Shown in pieces: positions 1-12,271 of a DNA stretch of 64,000 nucleotides. The notes beneath the pieces were generated by a model. The model saw only the letters and a list, made by a program, of their open reading frames with translations, was not told where the DNA came from and did no database searches. Both the position numbers and the translations under genes were made by a program. The DNA is from Vermamoeba vermiformis (lineage: Eukaryota). The DNA lies in assembly GCA_045837725.1 (NCBI GenBank), contig JBEWZL010000235.1, positions 186,001 to 250,000 on the forward strand. Direction: 5' to 3'. Position 1 is the stretch's first letter, and every line of letters begins with the position of its first letter.

Positions 1-407
1 TCGCGCTATTATTCGCACTCGTAGTCTCTTCTACTGACTCTTTGAGCTTGGCCCAGTGTTGTTCTGTGATCTGATAGGCGCCAGTAAATAATAATATTCA
101 TATTATTGTAGTCAATGCACAATTATTGTAATGGATGAGGTGCGCATTAAAATCAAATGGCGTGAATTAATTGATAAATATCTTTGTCAATAAAATTTGT
201 AATTACCTCGGTGCCTTTAATATACTCCAATACAAATTTGAGCAGTTTGATAAAAGTCGCTTGATCAGTATTCGGCAATGAGAGTGCTAATTGTGTCACT
301 TCGCTGGGGGCTTTGGTGCCGAAGAAAGTGGATTGCGTTGCTGCTACCGAATCTCGCGCAACAAAACTGCGACCGAGGGCTTGTCGTTTAGAAGGATTGA
401 ACGTCAT
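1..407 (-). CDS. COMMD5: COMM domain-containing protein 5 (5' part; runs off the window start)
   Basis: Exon 1 (407-207) has TFFGTKAPSEVTQLALSLPNTDQATFIKLLKFVLEYIKG, resembling the COMMD5 N-terminus (SFLGAQLPPEV...DRSTFRKLLKFVV). GT donor at 206; exon 2 resumes at 70 (ITEQHWAKLKE). Confidence 0.75.
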
Positions 408-614
408 AGTTAATGTACTATCACGTGTGGTCCTCTCGATCCGTTTTGAAATTGAAATGTAAGCTGAAAAGTCAAATTATTTTTTATCAATTTTATTTGC
501 TATGTACATGACAGCGGCAGTAGCTCTCGTCCGCTAAACTATCTACATCTTCAATATGAATCAAACGGACCTAGATGTCAGTGCCTGTTTTTGGTAGTAT
601 GATGCAAGGGCAGC

Positions 615-630
615 TGAATCACGTGATTCA
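615..630. promoter_or_regulatory. Perfect 16-bp palindrome TGAATCACGTGATTCA with a CACGTG (E-box/G-box) core
   Basis: Read directly. It lies between the GPN3 stop and the COMMD5 start; function is inferred only. Confidence 0.3.
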
Positions 631-657
631 ATCTTTGCACTCATTCATTCGGAGATA

Positions 658-1817
658 TCAATCGAGATCACCCACACCACCAGTCACGTGCTCGTGCTCA
701 TCCAAGTGATACTCCTCGCGCGCCTCGTCCCCAAACAGCTCGTGCTCGTCCTCCTCCTCATCGCGCGGTATCTTCACCTCCTCGTCCTCGCCGTACTGCA
801 TCGCGTTGTCAATCTGTGACAGCAGTGCCACCACCGTGTCTTTGTCTTGCACATTCAGTGGCTGAAAGCCCACCATGTTGTACTGCTCCACCTGTCACGC
901 AACGGTCAGTGCGATGCTCTGTTTGACACGTGTCACACTTACAATCTCGGCAATGGCCTGATTGAGTCGTGTCAACTTGACAGGCGTGTCGTGTGTCAAC
1001 TGCCGTGCCAGCATGCTCGGATCAGGGTCGCAGAATCTGTGCAGGGGTCAGTGCATGGAGCACGAGGAGGGCGCAGTACTCACTGTTCGAGATAGTCCTC
1101 GTTGAGCAGCAGCTTCTTGTCGACGAGATCGAGCTTGGACAGCACATTGAGGTGCGGCAGTTCCAAGTGCAGCATCGCAGAGAGACACAGCAGCAGCCCA
1201 CTGATGAACTTGGCGCTGTCGCTGATGAACTGGCTGTCGATCAGATACACCGCGCACATCTTGTAGCCCCAGCGACGCAGTTCATTGACTAATTTGGGCA
1301 TCACACCCACGTGACTGTAGAGCTCCAACTGGCCCGGACAGTCGATGAGCAGATAGTCGTCCTCGTACTCGCCCAGCTGGTCGCGCAGCCAGTCCATGTT
1401 CTCGCTCAGGTACTCCATGCAGTACACGAGGCCACCATTGGGTCCGTAGTGCAGCTCTTCCATCACATCGTCGATGCTGATCAGCTCGCGGATGTCAATG
1501 CTCGCTGGGTACTTGAACTGATCTGCCGCTGGATCGAGATTGACAACGTGCACGGTGCGCTTAATATTCTCGCAGTGTTGACGCATCACCTCGCAGTACG
1601 TGGACTGGTAAAAGAGAATATTAGTCGTGTCGGTGGAAGCAGATCTGCTTGGATCGTGATCGAAGCATGGAGAAATTATCCCTCTTTAGAATAAATGGTA
1701 CCAAAATTTTTAATATGATGAAAATGAATTGATATTAATTAAAAATAACAGCACTGAAAATGTTCTTACTTTTCCTGATCCAGCTGGACCCATGATGATT
1801 TGTGCGTATTTGCCCAT
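658..1817 (-). CDS. GPN3: GPN-loop GTPase 3 (4 exons)
   Basis: MGKYAQIIMGPAGSGK|STYC..., VNLDPAA, GPNGGLVYCMEY, DCPGQLELY and FISGLLLCLSAM motifs. Confidence 0.93.
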
Positions 1818-1989
1818 GATAAATGATATAATTACGATGATACTCTATATTATACAATAATAGGGCTATATGTCTCACTGAGCTGTGGTCGTTCAATGCA
1901 GCTCAATCGTGCAATTAATCGAACAGATGCGCTGGTTAACACCACTGAAGCTGGAAATACAGAGAATAGCGTGACAGTTAGTATAGTTC

Positions 1990-3920
1990 ATGGCGGATAG
2001 CAGTACAGTGGTAGACGCCACTCAGCCCTCAACTGAGAGCGCATCCGCTCCTGAACTGAATGCGACCAACAGCACGAGCAACAGTACAAACAATAATACC
2101 AACACTAGTGGCAAAAAGACAGTCGATGATTATGAATTCATTCGCGTACTCGGTGAAGGCTCTTACGCCACGGTAATTATTGAATTAATAATTATTTGAC
2201 AGTTGGATCCGTGCACTGGAGATATTGTTCTTGCTTACATTAATACACTGGCGTACTATAATATAGATATCAAATTTCACCACCATTATTTGTATTCACG
2301 CATCTGATCGAGCGCCTACCTTTAGGTGTTCTTAGTGCGCGACAAGAGCAGTGGCCAGCAGTACGCGATCAAACAGATGGAGAAGCAGCATCTGATCAAA
2401 GAGAAGAAGCAGAAGTACGCCCTCACTGAGCGCGATATACTGACGCGCTGTGCCCATCCGAACATCATCAAGCTGCACTACACCTTCCGCGACGAACATC
2501 ACCTCTGTAGGTACACCCTGTCTGTGCACTGCACTGTACTCATCGCTCCCTAGACTACGTGTTGGAGCTCGCGAGCAATGGCGAGTTGTTCCACGCCATC
2601 AAGCAGCGCGGCGGACTGGATGTGGCAGTGGCGCAGTACTACAGCGCAGAGCTGCTGAGTGCACTCGAGTACCTGCACACACACGATGTCATACACCGCG
2701 ATCTCAAGCCCGAGAACTGTCTGCTCGACGCGCACTGGCACCTCAAGCTCACGGACTTTGGTACCGCCAAGCAAGTGACACCTGTCAACGCGAGTGCTGC
2801 ACCGCGCGTGTCATTTGAAGGCACGGCTGAGTACATGGCACCGGAGCTGCTCTCCGATGATGGCACGCAACCCGCCACGCGTCTGAGTGACGTGTGGGCC
2901 CTGGGCTGCATCGTGTACCAGATGCTGACTGGCCGCGTGCCGTTCAGTGGTGGCACCGAGTACCAGACCTTTGAGCACATCAAGCAGCACCGTCTCACTT
3001 ATCCACTCGACTTCCCGCAGAAAGCACGTGATCTCATTGACCGTTTGTTGACCGCTGATCCTGCGCGCAGACTCGGTGCGGGAGGTTACGCGGAGATTAA
3101 AAATCACGTGTTCTTTGCAGGCCTGAACTGGAGCACACTGGCAGACACGCCACCGCCGAGCTTGGCTGGACCGGCACGCGCTTGGGTCTGGCCTGACGAT
3201 CTCGCGCGCGAGAATGAAGCACGTGAACAGCAAGCACGTGACATGGAGGCAGCACGTGTCCAACAAGCACGTGACACGGAGGCAGCACGTGTCCAACAAG
3301 CACGTGACACGGAGGCAGCACGTGTCCAACAAGCACGTGACACGGAGGCAGCACGTGTCCAACAAGCACGTGACACGGAGGCAGCACGTGTCCAACAAGC
3401 ACGTGACACGGAGGCAGCACGTGTCCAACAAGCACGTGACACGGAGGCAGCACGTGTCCAACAAGCACGTGACACGGAGGCAGCACGTGTGCAACAAGCA
3501 CGTGACAGCGAGCGCGCCAAGTGGAGCAAGTTCCTGCTGGACTCGGAGCAGATCTTGTGCTCGGGTCACGTGATCAAGCGACGCAATCTGAGCAGCAAGC
3601 AGCGCTATTTGATCCTGACCGATCATCCGCGGCTGTTCTACATTGACGTCAAGAAGATGGAGTTCAAGGGCGAGGTGCCGTGGACCAAACAGCTGCGCGT
3701 GGAGGTCAAGTCGAGTGTGCAGTGGCGCGTGGAGACTGGCAAGCGCACGTACCTGTTTGAGGACCAGGAGAAGAATGCTGCGCGCTGGGAGAGTGCGGTG
3801 AACAGCTGTCTGATGAAGAGCCGCAGTGCCAGTGTGTCCAACTTGAACACTAGCAATAATAATAATAATGGTAATAGTAATAATAGCAATGCTGGCAGTA
3901 GTAGCAACACGAACAAGTGA
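1990..3920 (+). CDS. PDPK1: 3-phosphoinositide-dependent protein kinase 1 (AGC kinase plus C-terminal PH domain)
   Basis: LGEGSYATV, HRDLKPEN, LKLTDFGTAK, SFEGTAEYMAPE and EYQTFEHI motifs; PDK1-type PH domain (RYLILTDHPRLFYID...KGEVPW). Three exons. Confidence 0.9.
3228..3506 (+). repeat. Coding 33-bp tandem repeat, about 8.5 copies (QQARDTEAARV)
   Basis: Unit CAACAAGCACGTGACACGGAGGCAGCACGTGTC, near-identical copies, in frame between the kinase and PH domains. Confidence 0.97.
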
Positions 3921-4020
3921 TGGCGACAACTGCAATATGAATGAACCCCTTGTATTATATAAATGAGTCCGTGTGTCTGTATATTGAAACAGGTAGTATT
4001 GGGGGGTATTTATTAGTGTT

Positions 4021-6831
4021 CTATTGCGAGTCAAATAGCGACGGATTGGCTCGATAGCTCTCATACAGTGTCTCTAATTGACGCAATAGCTCTGTACATG
4101 TTGGTCGTTTGTCGGGCACTAAAAATAGAACTGATCAGAATTGCACTAGTAGTACTAAATAAGGCAATGTCATGACATACCAGCGTGCCAGCACTGTCGA
4201 ATGATGTGCGCGAGTGGTGCAGGACAGTGCGCTGCAATCAACGGACGCTTGTTCTGCGCGCGCACGGCAATGATGAACAGCGCGGTGTTGGACAGCACAT
4301 TGAGCTGCGTGTTGGTCTCTGGTGCGCCAGTCTCGAGCTCAATGCCCGCAGAATAGGGTGCCACCCACTTGTGCATCAGCGAGCACGTGACAATCTCCCA
4401 CAACACGACTGCGAGCGAGAAGATGTCGCTCTTGGCCGAGTAGTGTGCCCCATCGAGCACTTCAGGCGCGCAGTACTCGAGTGTGCCCATCACTGCTGCC
4501 ACGGAGGAGGTGGTGCCATCAGCGGACCACTTGCTCAGTCCAAAGTCCGACACTTTGATGTTGTCCTCGCTGTCCACGAGCAGATTGAGGGACTTGATGT
4601 CGCGGTGCAGGATCGATGCGCTGTGCAGCACGAGCACGCCACGCACGGCACCCAAGACGTACTTGAACACCTTGTCCCAGCCAAACTCGCTCTGCGCGCT
4701 GTCTTTGAGCACGTGCAGCAACGAGCCCTTGTGGCAGTACTCCATCACAATGCACAGCTTGGTGCTGATGGACACGCCGTACAGTGCCACCACGTGCGGC
4801 GATTGAATCTTGGAGAGTATCTCGACCTCTTTCTTGACGTCCTCAATCTCCGTGCTGTTCGGATCACTGAGCAGACTGTTCTTGATCACTTTGATGGCCA
4901 CCAGCTGCGAGCCCTTGTTGGAGCCATTCGAGCCTGCCATGCCGCGCTGTGGTGCGTACATGGCCTTGTAGACCTTGCTGCTGACACCATTGCCGATGAG
5001 ATCAATGTACTCGAGCTCGCTGGGCTGTATCAGCCAGTTGAATGCTGTGCGGCCTGGCGTGGCTGGTTCAGCGCCATCACGCGCACTGTTCGGCCCCGAG
5101 CCAGTGTCCGTCATCTTGCTCTCGACGAATGATTTGAATGCGGCAATGCTCTGGGCACGCGCTGCTTTCTTGACCTCTTTGTCCTGCGTGGTCTCGCGCA
5201 GTGCAATGCAGTGTTCGAGGAATTCAATCTGCGCACTGGGGTCCGTGATGCCAATGTACTTGAGCGAGGAGGTGTTGTCAATCTGTGCGAGTGTGTCGAG
5301 CAGCGCCTCTTCTTTGAGCAGTCGCTGGAAGTAGTGCTGCTGCTTGATCTTGCGCAGCCACTTGTACAGCTCGTAGACACTGAGCAGATAGTGCTTGACG
5401 CCGTTGTCGAGACTCTGATAGAGCTGTTGACGCGCACTGTGCAGCACTACATTGCTCGGCGTGCGGTCCCCACTCGCTTTGAGCTGCTTGTCCTGCTTGT
5501 CACTCACACTGCGCTGTCGACGCGGACTGGCAGGTGAGCTCTCGGGACTGTCTTGCGGACTGTCAGCGAGCAGATCCGCGGGCAAGTACGTCTTGATCAC
5601 GGAGGGATTGGCACCGTGCATCAAGAGGATCTTCACCGTCTCTTTGGAGGGCTTGTACTTGAGTGCCATGGTGAGCGGTGTCTCGCCGCTGTTGTTGGGT
5701 GTGTTGAAGTCGAGGCCAGTCTCGCTGCTCAGCTGTGCGCGCAACAGTGGCAACAAGAGCAGTCGCAGCTGCACATTCACCGCAGCCACGTGCAGTACCG
5801 TGCTGCCAGTCTTGTTCTTGAGCGTCAGATTGGCACCGAGGCGCGTGAATGCTTCGAGACACTCGACCAGGGCCTCAGGATCTTTGTGTTTCATGCAAAA
5901 GTAGTGCAGCGCCGTGTTGCCGTCTTGATTGGTGTCGTTGATCAGCTCGCGCATCACACTCTCAATGCTCGTGTCGTACAGCAGTGTCATGTAGGTGTCG
6001 CTGCCCTTGGCGTGGTGCAGCACTGTGTTGCCGAGTCGATCTTTCACCTTGAACTGACTCGGGGCCAGCGACTTGATCAACCGCTTCAACAGCTCCACTT
6101 CACCGGTCTTGACTGCGCGCATCACTGCTCCCTGACCCTCCAAGTCACGTGACTTGATCACTGACATGCGCACGTGCACACTGCCACTCACTTTGTCTTT
6201 GCTCTTCTTCTTGCCCACCACGTGCCACGTGTCACTCGTCTCGCCCTCGGTGGCTGATTGAATCGACACTTTTACGACACCCATGCGATCACCTGATCAC
6301 ACATCAGTCGTTACTTTATATATGGTAGTCAATTAACGTACTGCCGTGCTTGTCTTTGTCCAAGATTTCCAGTTGAATTTCGGGATCTGATCCTTCCACG
6401 GGACTGCATTAATTGGTCGTTAATACAATCATTTACTTGATAGTGCATAATATAATAACATATTTGTTATTGATATATATTATACTGAAGAGCTAACTTA
6501 CAAGACGAAGGAGCTAGTTTTCTCATCCCATTTCGGATTCAGTGTCTTATTTACCACTTCAGTCTTGCCCACGACCACATTATTATATGTAATGACGACG
6601 TATGGATCTGCGGCCAGAATTAATATTAATTTATTTTGAAATGTTAGTTGACAGCTGGTGTGAAAATTAATTGAGCTGATTGCTAGCGCAGCAGATCTGT
6701 ACCTGAAGTGCCACTCGCATCACGAGCAATGAGGTCTTTGCCTTCAATCACTAGCAGCGCGATTAGTGGGGTCGTGGATGTGCAAAATGGGAATTACCTT
6801 GTAGGTGAATATAACTTTGCTCTTCACTCAT
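4021..6831 (-). CDS. C2-ankyrin-SAM-TKL protein kinase
   Basis: Spliced N-terminus has C2 motifs (IEGKDLIARDASGTSDPYV, KTLNPKWDE). Ankyrin repeats (GNTVLH, GNTALH, GETPL), a SAM-like segment (LYKWLRKIKQQHYFQRLLKEE...LKYIGIT) and a TKL kinase (HRDIKSLNLL, DFGLS) follow. The last exon ends ...PSLFDSQ*. Confidence 0.85.
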
Positions 6832-7007
6832 TATCAGCGGTCATTATCAACTAGCACATGTATATGAACACTCGCCCTAGTGTCGAATATTCAGCAAATA
6901 AAAGAGTGCCGTGTGGTCAGTGGTAAATAAAATGTTGTGTAATCGATTACACAAAAAGATTTTTCAATTGGCTAGTGCAGAGTTGAGTTAATACTGACAC
7001 CAACACC

Positions 7008-7383
7008 ATGAACACTGATGACAACATCCATAATCAGCAGTTGAATAACAGCAACGGCAATCCTCCTGTTGTCGAGGTAGATCCTGCGGAGAGTGACCAT
7101 GAAATTGTTGAACTCCCTCGAACACATCTGTCAGCTCGTATGTGGGACAGCTTCAAAACATACATGTTGTATCCATTTATGATCGCTGTTGCTGGTTCAT
7201 TTGGCCTCAGTATTGGTACGAACGCTGATCCAGAAGAAATAATTATTTTCGTTAATTCAATTTTAATTTTATTTGCATTGAATAGGCTACGCACTGTACG
7301 ACAGAGCAGCAGCAGTATCAGCAAACATTAATTTCAACTTTATTAATTTATCAGCTCTCAAGCAACGCCTCCGATGGAAGTGA
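7008..7383 (+). CDS. Small single-pass membrane protein, weakly Mim1/Tom13-like
   Basis: Acidic N-terminus, then hydrophobic YMLYPFMIAVAGSFGLSIG|YALYD across an intron. The 3' end is ambiguous (7383, or about 7396 if a further 40-nt intron is spliced). Confidence 0.5.
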
Positions 7384-7755
7384 GATCTGCTTTTGATTTA
7401 TTGCGAATTAATACTTGTACATTTAATACTTATGCATCGATTTTGTTTTATAAAATACTATTTCCTCTATGAGCTGCTATTTACTCATAAGAACGATTTG
7501 CGTCGATAAAAAAGTTTTATTTACAAAAATGAACGAGATCTAGACAGCCTTAGACTCACTAGTTCTCCTTCATATTCATAGTACTACAAGTGGGCATGAT
7601 ATTGAACATGATTTCAAAAAAAGCATTTCCGAATGATGAATGCCACACTCGCATGGAGGATCTGACATGCAAATGTAACACGCATCACTACAACTAATTA
7701 TATATAATAACAACTACTGCTATATAAGACATGTGAACAGCGCTGCCAGCACGCA

Positions 7756-8721
7756 TTAGCAGCACTTTCGCTCGCTAGTAGCAGTAGACTGACCAGGCTT
7801 GACGGTGCCACTCGCGCCAGTGCCCGTGGTGGATTCACCGCCAGGCTTGTCGATCAATCGCTTCTTAATATCGCGCGCTAGTGAGATGAATGCCTCTTCC
7901 ACATTGATGCTGTTCTTTGCACTGCACTCGAAGAACTTGATGCCGTACTCGTCCGCGAGTGCCTTGCCCATCTCGGTGGACACGACGCGCTTCTCGCTGA
8001 GGTCGCACTTGTTGCCGACGAGAATGCGATCGACGGACTCGCTGGCGTGCTGTTCAATGCTCTTCATCCAGTTGCGGATGTTGTCGAATGTGCGCATGTC
8101 TGTCACGTCGTACGCCAGCATAATACCCATTGCGCCGCGATAATATGCAGTGGTGATTGTTCTGCACGGTTATATATGGCTCATTAGTATGCTATATGTG
8201 CTATGCGTAGTGCGAGTGAGGAAATGTACCTGAATCTCTCTTGACCGGCTGTATCCCAAATCTGTGCGCGACAAATGATTAGGACAGGTCACAATTGCAT
8301 GACCACGTCATAATTACCTGTAATTTAATTCTTTTGCCATCGAGCTCGATATTTCTAATCTTGAAATCAATGCTGCAAGTTGATCGTTAGTCACCCGTTG
8401 CAATATGTTCGTTAATAACAATTATATTGCCGAGTTATTAAATATATATCACTATAAGTTGTTAACAGCTACTCACCCAATAGTAGTAATGAAGCTGGGA
8501 GTGAAAGTGTCATCTGTAAAACGCAACAGCAAACAGCTTTTACCAACGCCTGTTTGAAAAAGCAATGGTAAATATAATGTCTTGGTTAATAATTATTAAA
8601 ATATAAATAGGAAATGTAAGGTAATTTAATTGTCGTTTCAAATAAAAATTTGATAATTACCACTATCACCGATGATCAACAGCTTGATTAAATGGTCAAA
8701 AGGCTTCGAGTTGTTGCTCAT
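7756..8721 (-). CDS. RAB8: Rab8/Sec4 small GTPase (5 exons)
   Basis: [64 protein letters not shown] and a C-terminal CC. Confidence 0.93.
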
Positions 8722-8944
8722 TCTATTATTACTAACAATATTATTGGGCGTGTACTATGTATAGTCTGCAGTGTTGTTGATTATGTGAAAATGAGCAAAA
8801 TTTCTTTCGTTACACGAGCAGTTAAGTCACGCTCCGTTCTTTTTGCGTCGTGACTTAATTGCGCTATTAACGGTTCTGTATTCTGTACATTTATTATTTT
8901 TTCTTACGTACTACAAGCACGTCTGATCATTCAAAATCATAGCA

Positions 8945-10294
8945 ATGTTGCGTCAAGCCTCAAAGCTTTTAACTTCCGCTGTTTCGAAAAGCAAATCTGC
9001 TTCCGGAACTGCTCTCATGCGCGCGGAACAACAACATCGCAGACAAGATCGATCGGTGTATTCGTTCATGAGCCAGAACAAGAAGGTTGTTACGTTGGTT
9101 TACGGCGATGGCATTGGTCCTGAAATCTGTCACAGCGCTGTTGGTGTCGTCCAAGCTTCTGGAGCACCTGTTGAATTCGAACAATTTTCATTGCCTCCTA
9201 TTAATAGCCCCAGCGATCCTTTGCTTCCGTTGGATCTGGTCAGCAGGTAATTTAAATAAAAATTCAAAAAAGTTAAATTTTTCCATAAATACAAGGAATT
9301 CAATTCCGATTAATAACAACATTATAATATGGGATAATAATGGGAAAAATTGTCAAAGAAAATAAAAATCATCGGATAAATACTGACAGAAACTCGGTGC
9401 AGCATTTCACGCACAGGAGTGGTCTTAAAAGGTCCCTTCTTCACGCCAGTCGGTCAAGGTTTCCCCTCGCGTAACTTGGAGCTGCGTCGCGTGTTTGAAT
9501 TGTACGTAACAGTGTCGTAACCGCGCTGACTTCACTTTGACTCACACATCATCACTGACAGGGGCACGCAAGTAGCACCAGTGCAGTCCTTCACAGGAGT
9601 GACCACGCGTCACAAGGACATCAACTTGGTGGTGATTCGCGAGAATACAGAGGGTGAATACACTGGTCTCGAACAAGAACTCGTGCCGGGTGTCGTGCAG
9701 TCACTCAAGATTACCACCGAGAAGCGTTCACTGGCCATTGCTGAATACGCCTTCAACTACGCCAAGACCACTGGTCGCAAGCGCGTCACAGCGGTGCACA
9801 AAGCCAACATTCAGAAGTTGACCGACGGTCTATTTTTAGAATCGTGCCGCAAGGTCAGCCAAAAATACCCCGGCATTGAGTACTTGGAGATGATTGTCGA
9901 CAACACCACCATGCAGCTCATTCAAAATCCACAGCAGTTCGATGTGCTCGTCACACCCAATCTCTACGGCAACATTGTCTGCAACGTCGCCACAGGTCTG
10001 GTCGGTGGTCCTGGTCTCTTGCCCGGTGCTAACTTCGGTCCTCGCGTCGCCATCTTCGAGCCTGGTGCGCGTCACGTGGGCAAGGACATTGCAGGCGAGA
10101 ACAAAGCCAATCCCACCGCGATGATTCTAGCTGCAGTTATGATGTTGCGACACATGGGTCTGCCACAATACGCGGACAAAATTGAGCGCGCGGTGAATCA
10201 GACCTACAACACGCAGTTCTTGCGCACTTATGACCTCGGTGGCACTGCTTCAACTACTGAATTCACCAAGGCCATTATTCACAACTTGCATTAA
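8945..10294 (+). CDS. Mitochondrial NAD-dependent isocitrate dehydrogenase, regulatory (non-catalytic) subunit
   Basis: Presequence, then GDGIGPEI, RENTEGEY and VHKANIQK. PNLYGNIVCN has Asn where catalytic subunits have the metal-binding Asp (LYGDILSD). Confidence 0.88.
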
Positions 10295-10408
10295 GCGTCA
10301 CTTGTATTCATTTGTGTAAACCTCTGCGTATCAATATCTATCCTAAAATCACATAAAAAGTTGTTAGAAATGACTGACGCGATTTATTTCCATTTAGGCG
10401 ATGAAATA

Positions 10409-12098
10409 TTATTTCCTGTCCCCGAGATATTTGTTCAACAGCTGCTGCACGGCTTCACCTTGCGACGAGTGTTGTTGTGCCGTGCTGCCGGTGCGATTGA
10501 ACAGCGCTTGTTCGAGGTCGTGCGCCACGTCACTGGTGTTCTTGTTCTGCTGCTCGAATCTGTCTTTCACTGCATTGAACAGAATGGGATTGACTGCTGG
10601 GCCAGTGTTCGGCATGGCACGCTGCACCTCTGCAATCACGTGACGCATGTGTTGCAGCACTGGATGATCACGTGCTGGATATTGTTTGCTGAGCACTTCA
10701 AAGGCGTTGGTCAACAGGTAGTGGCACTCGGTGTACTTTTGTGTGCGCAGCTTGTACATGCCGAGGTCCCACTGAATGAGTGCCACGTGAAAGTGGTCGT
10801 GTCCGAGCGCGGCTTGTTTGATCTGCAGTGCTGTCATCTGCGGCTATTATTAGCACCACATCGCAATTGGAACACTGCTGCTACTCACACTGTGCTTCAC
10901 GGCCTCATCTTCTTGCTGCGTGGCGTGGTAGTGCAGTCCCATGTGATGCAGTACTGTCGCATGCGCCACGTGCTTCTCACCTGTCACTCGATCAGATCGC
11001 GTGATTGCTAATTATTGAGCACCACTCACCGCGCCGTTTGAGTGAGAGCTCAGCAGCCCTGTGCAGTGCATCGAGTGCCTGCGTGTTGAGATCGAGTTGT
11101 CGCGCCACCACTGCCTCGCTCAGGTACAGCGGCACCAGTGTCACGTGATCGGCGCCGCAGTGCTCAATGTGTTCGTGAATGGAGTGCTGCACCTCTTCGA
11201 GTGTGTCAAACACGCCGTGGCGCTCAGTTCTCGTTGGCTTGTTGAAGCGTTGCATCATGTAGTGCAAAGTGCTGCTCTGTTGCGGATGGTCCCACGGGAG
11301 CGGATCTTGTCCATTGTTCCGCTGCAAGGTCTGCAAGTGCCACTGCTTCGCCTCACGATAATTGCCGCGGTGCTCGTAGAACAGAGCAATGTCCGCACTC
11401 ATCGCAGAGGTCAAGCCGCGCTTGGATGGATCGAGCAGTGTCCAGCCTTGCCAATCACGCGCTGCTTCTAGCAACAGCTCGTGTGCTTCTGCAGCGCGTC
11501 CTAATATGACGTATAGTCGTCCTAGTTCGTGCTGCAACACCGTGCGCAGTTCGCTGACGAGTTTGCTATCGTACAATGGTGCCTCGGATTCATCGCTGAA
11601 CAAGTTCGGTTCTGGTGTGGGTGTCGCGAGTGAATCTATCAGCTGCAAGGCCTCTTTGTACACCGATTCACACTGCGCGTACAGACCACGACTGCACAAC
11701 AATGAAGCGAGGCGATGCAGCGCGGTCAGTTTGGGCATGACGCGGTCCCAGCTGTCACTTGCTTCGCGCCACAGCTGTGTAGCACGCACCCAGTCTCTGT
11801 TGGTCCACGCGAGCTCTGCTTGTCGCTCTAAGTACACCGTGTCTTGCTTGGAGAGCTACTGCAAGCGTTACAAAAATACTACAATATTAATTAATTAAAA
11901 TATTAATACCAGTTCAAACACTTTTTTGTCTTTCGGCTCCAAGCCTCGAGCATAATGTCGAATTGACGTGTGGTTATGGCTGAATATTTTTTTAACACTT
12001 TTCAGGGCCGATCGCTGAGTCCAAACGAGATTGGAAGCGGATCCAGTCCCTCTCTGTGCAGACTTAATGAATCGCACTAACAGCGATCTGCTCCACAT
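10409..12098 (-). CDS. TPR-repeat protein with probable mitochondrial presequence
   Basis: R/S-rich acid-free N-terminus; kinesin-light-chain-like TPR units (LASLLCSRGLYAQCESVYKEALQ, LGRLYVILGRAAEA, LGHDHFHVA). Confidence 0.7.
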
Positions 12099-12271
12099 GT
12101 GTGTGTTGCGTTACGGTTAAAACAACAAATGCCCTCAATGCAACACACGTGACCACGTGGCCAGACGAGGAATTCTCAAACAAAAGTGAAGTTCGTTCAA
12201 AAGTTGGCAGTCATCATTTTGATCAGAGAGGTAACACCACACTAGGCACATCTGATATTAGCTCTGCTGCA

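Noticed and set aside
3228-3506. Possible CRISPR array
   Set aside because: Head-to-tail repeats without spacers, in frame within a eukaryotic kinase gene.
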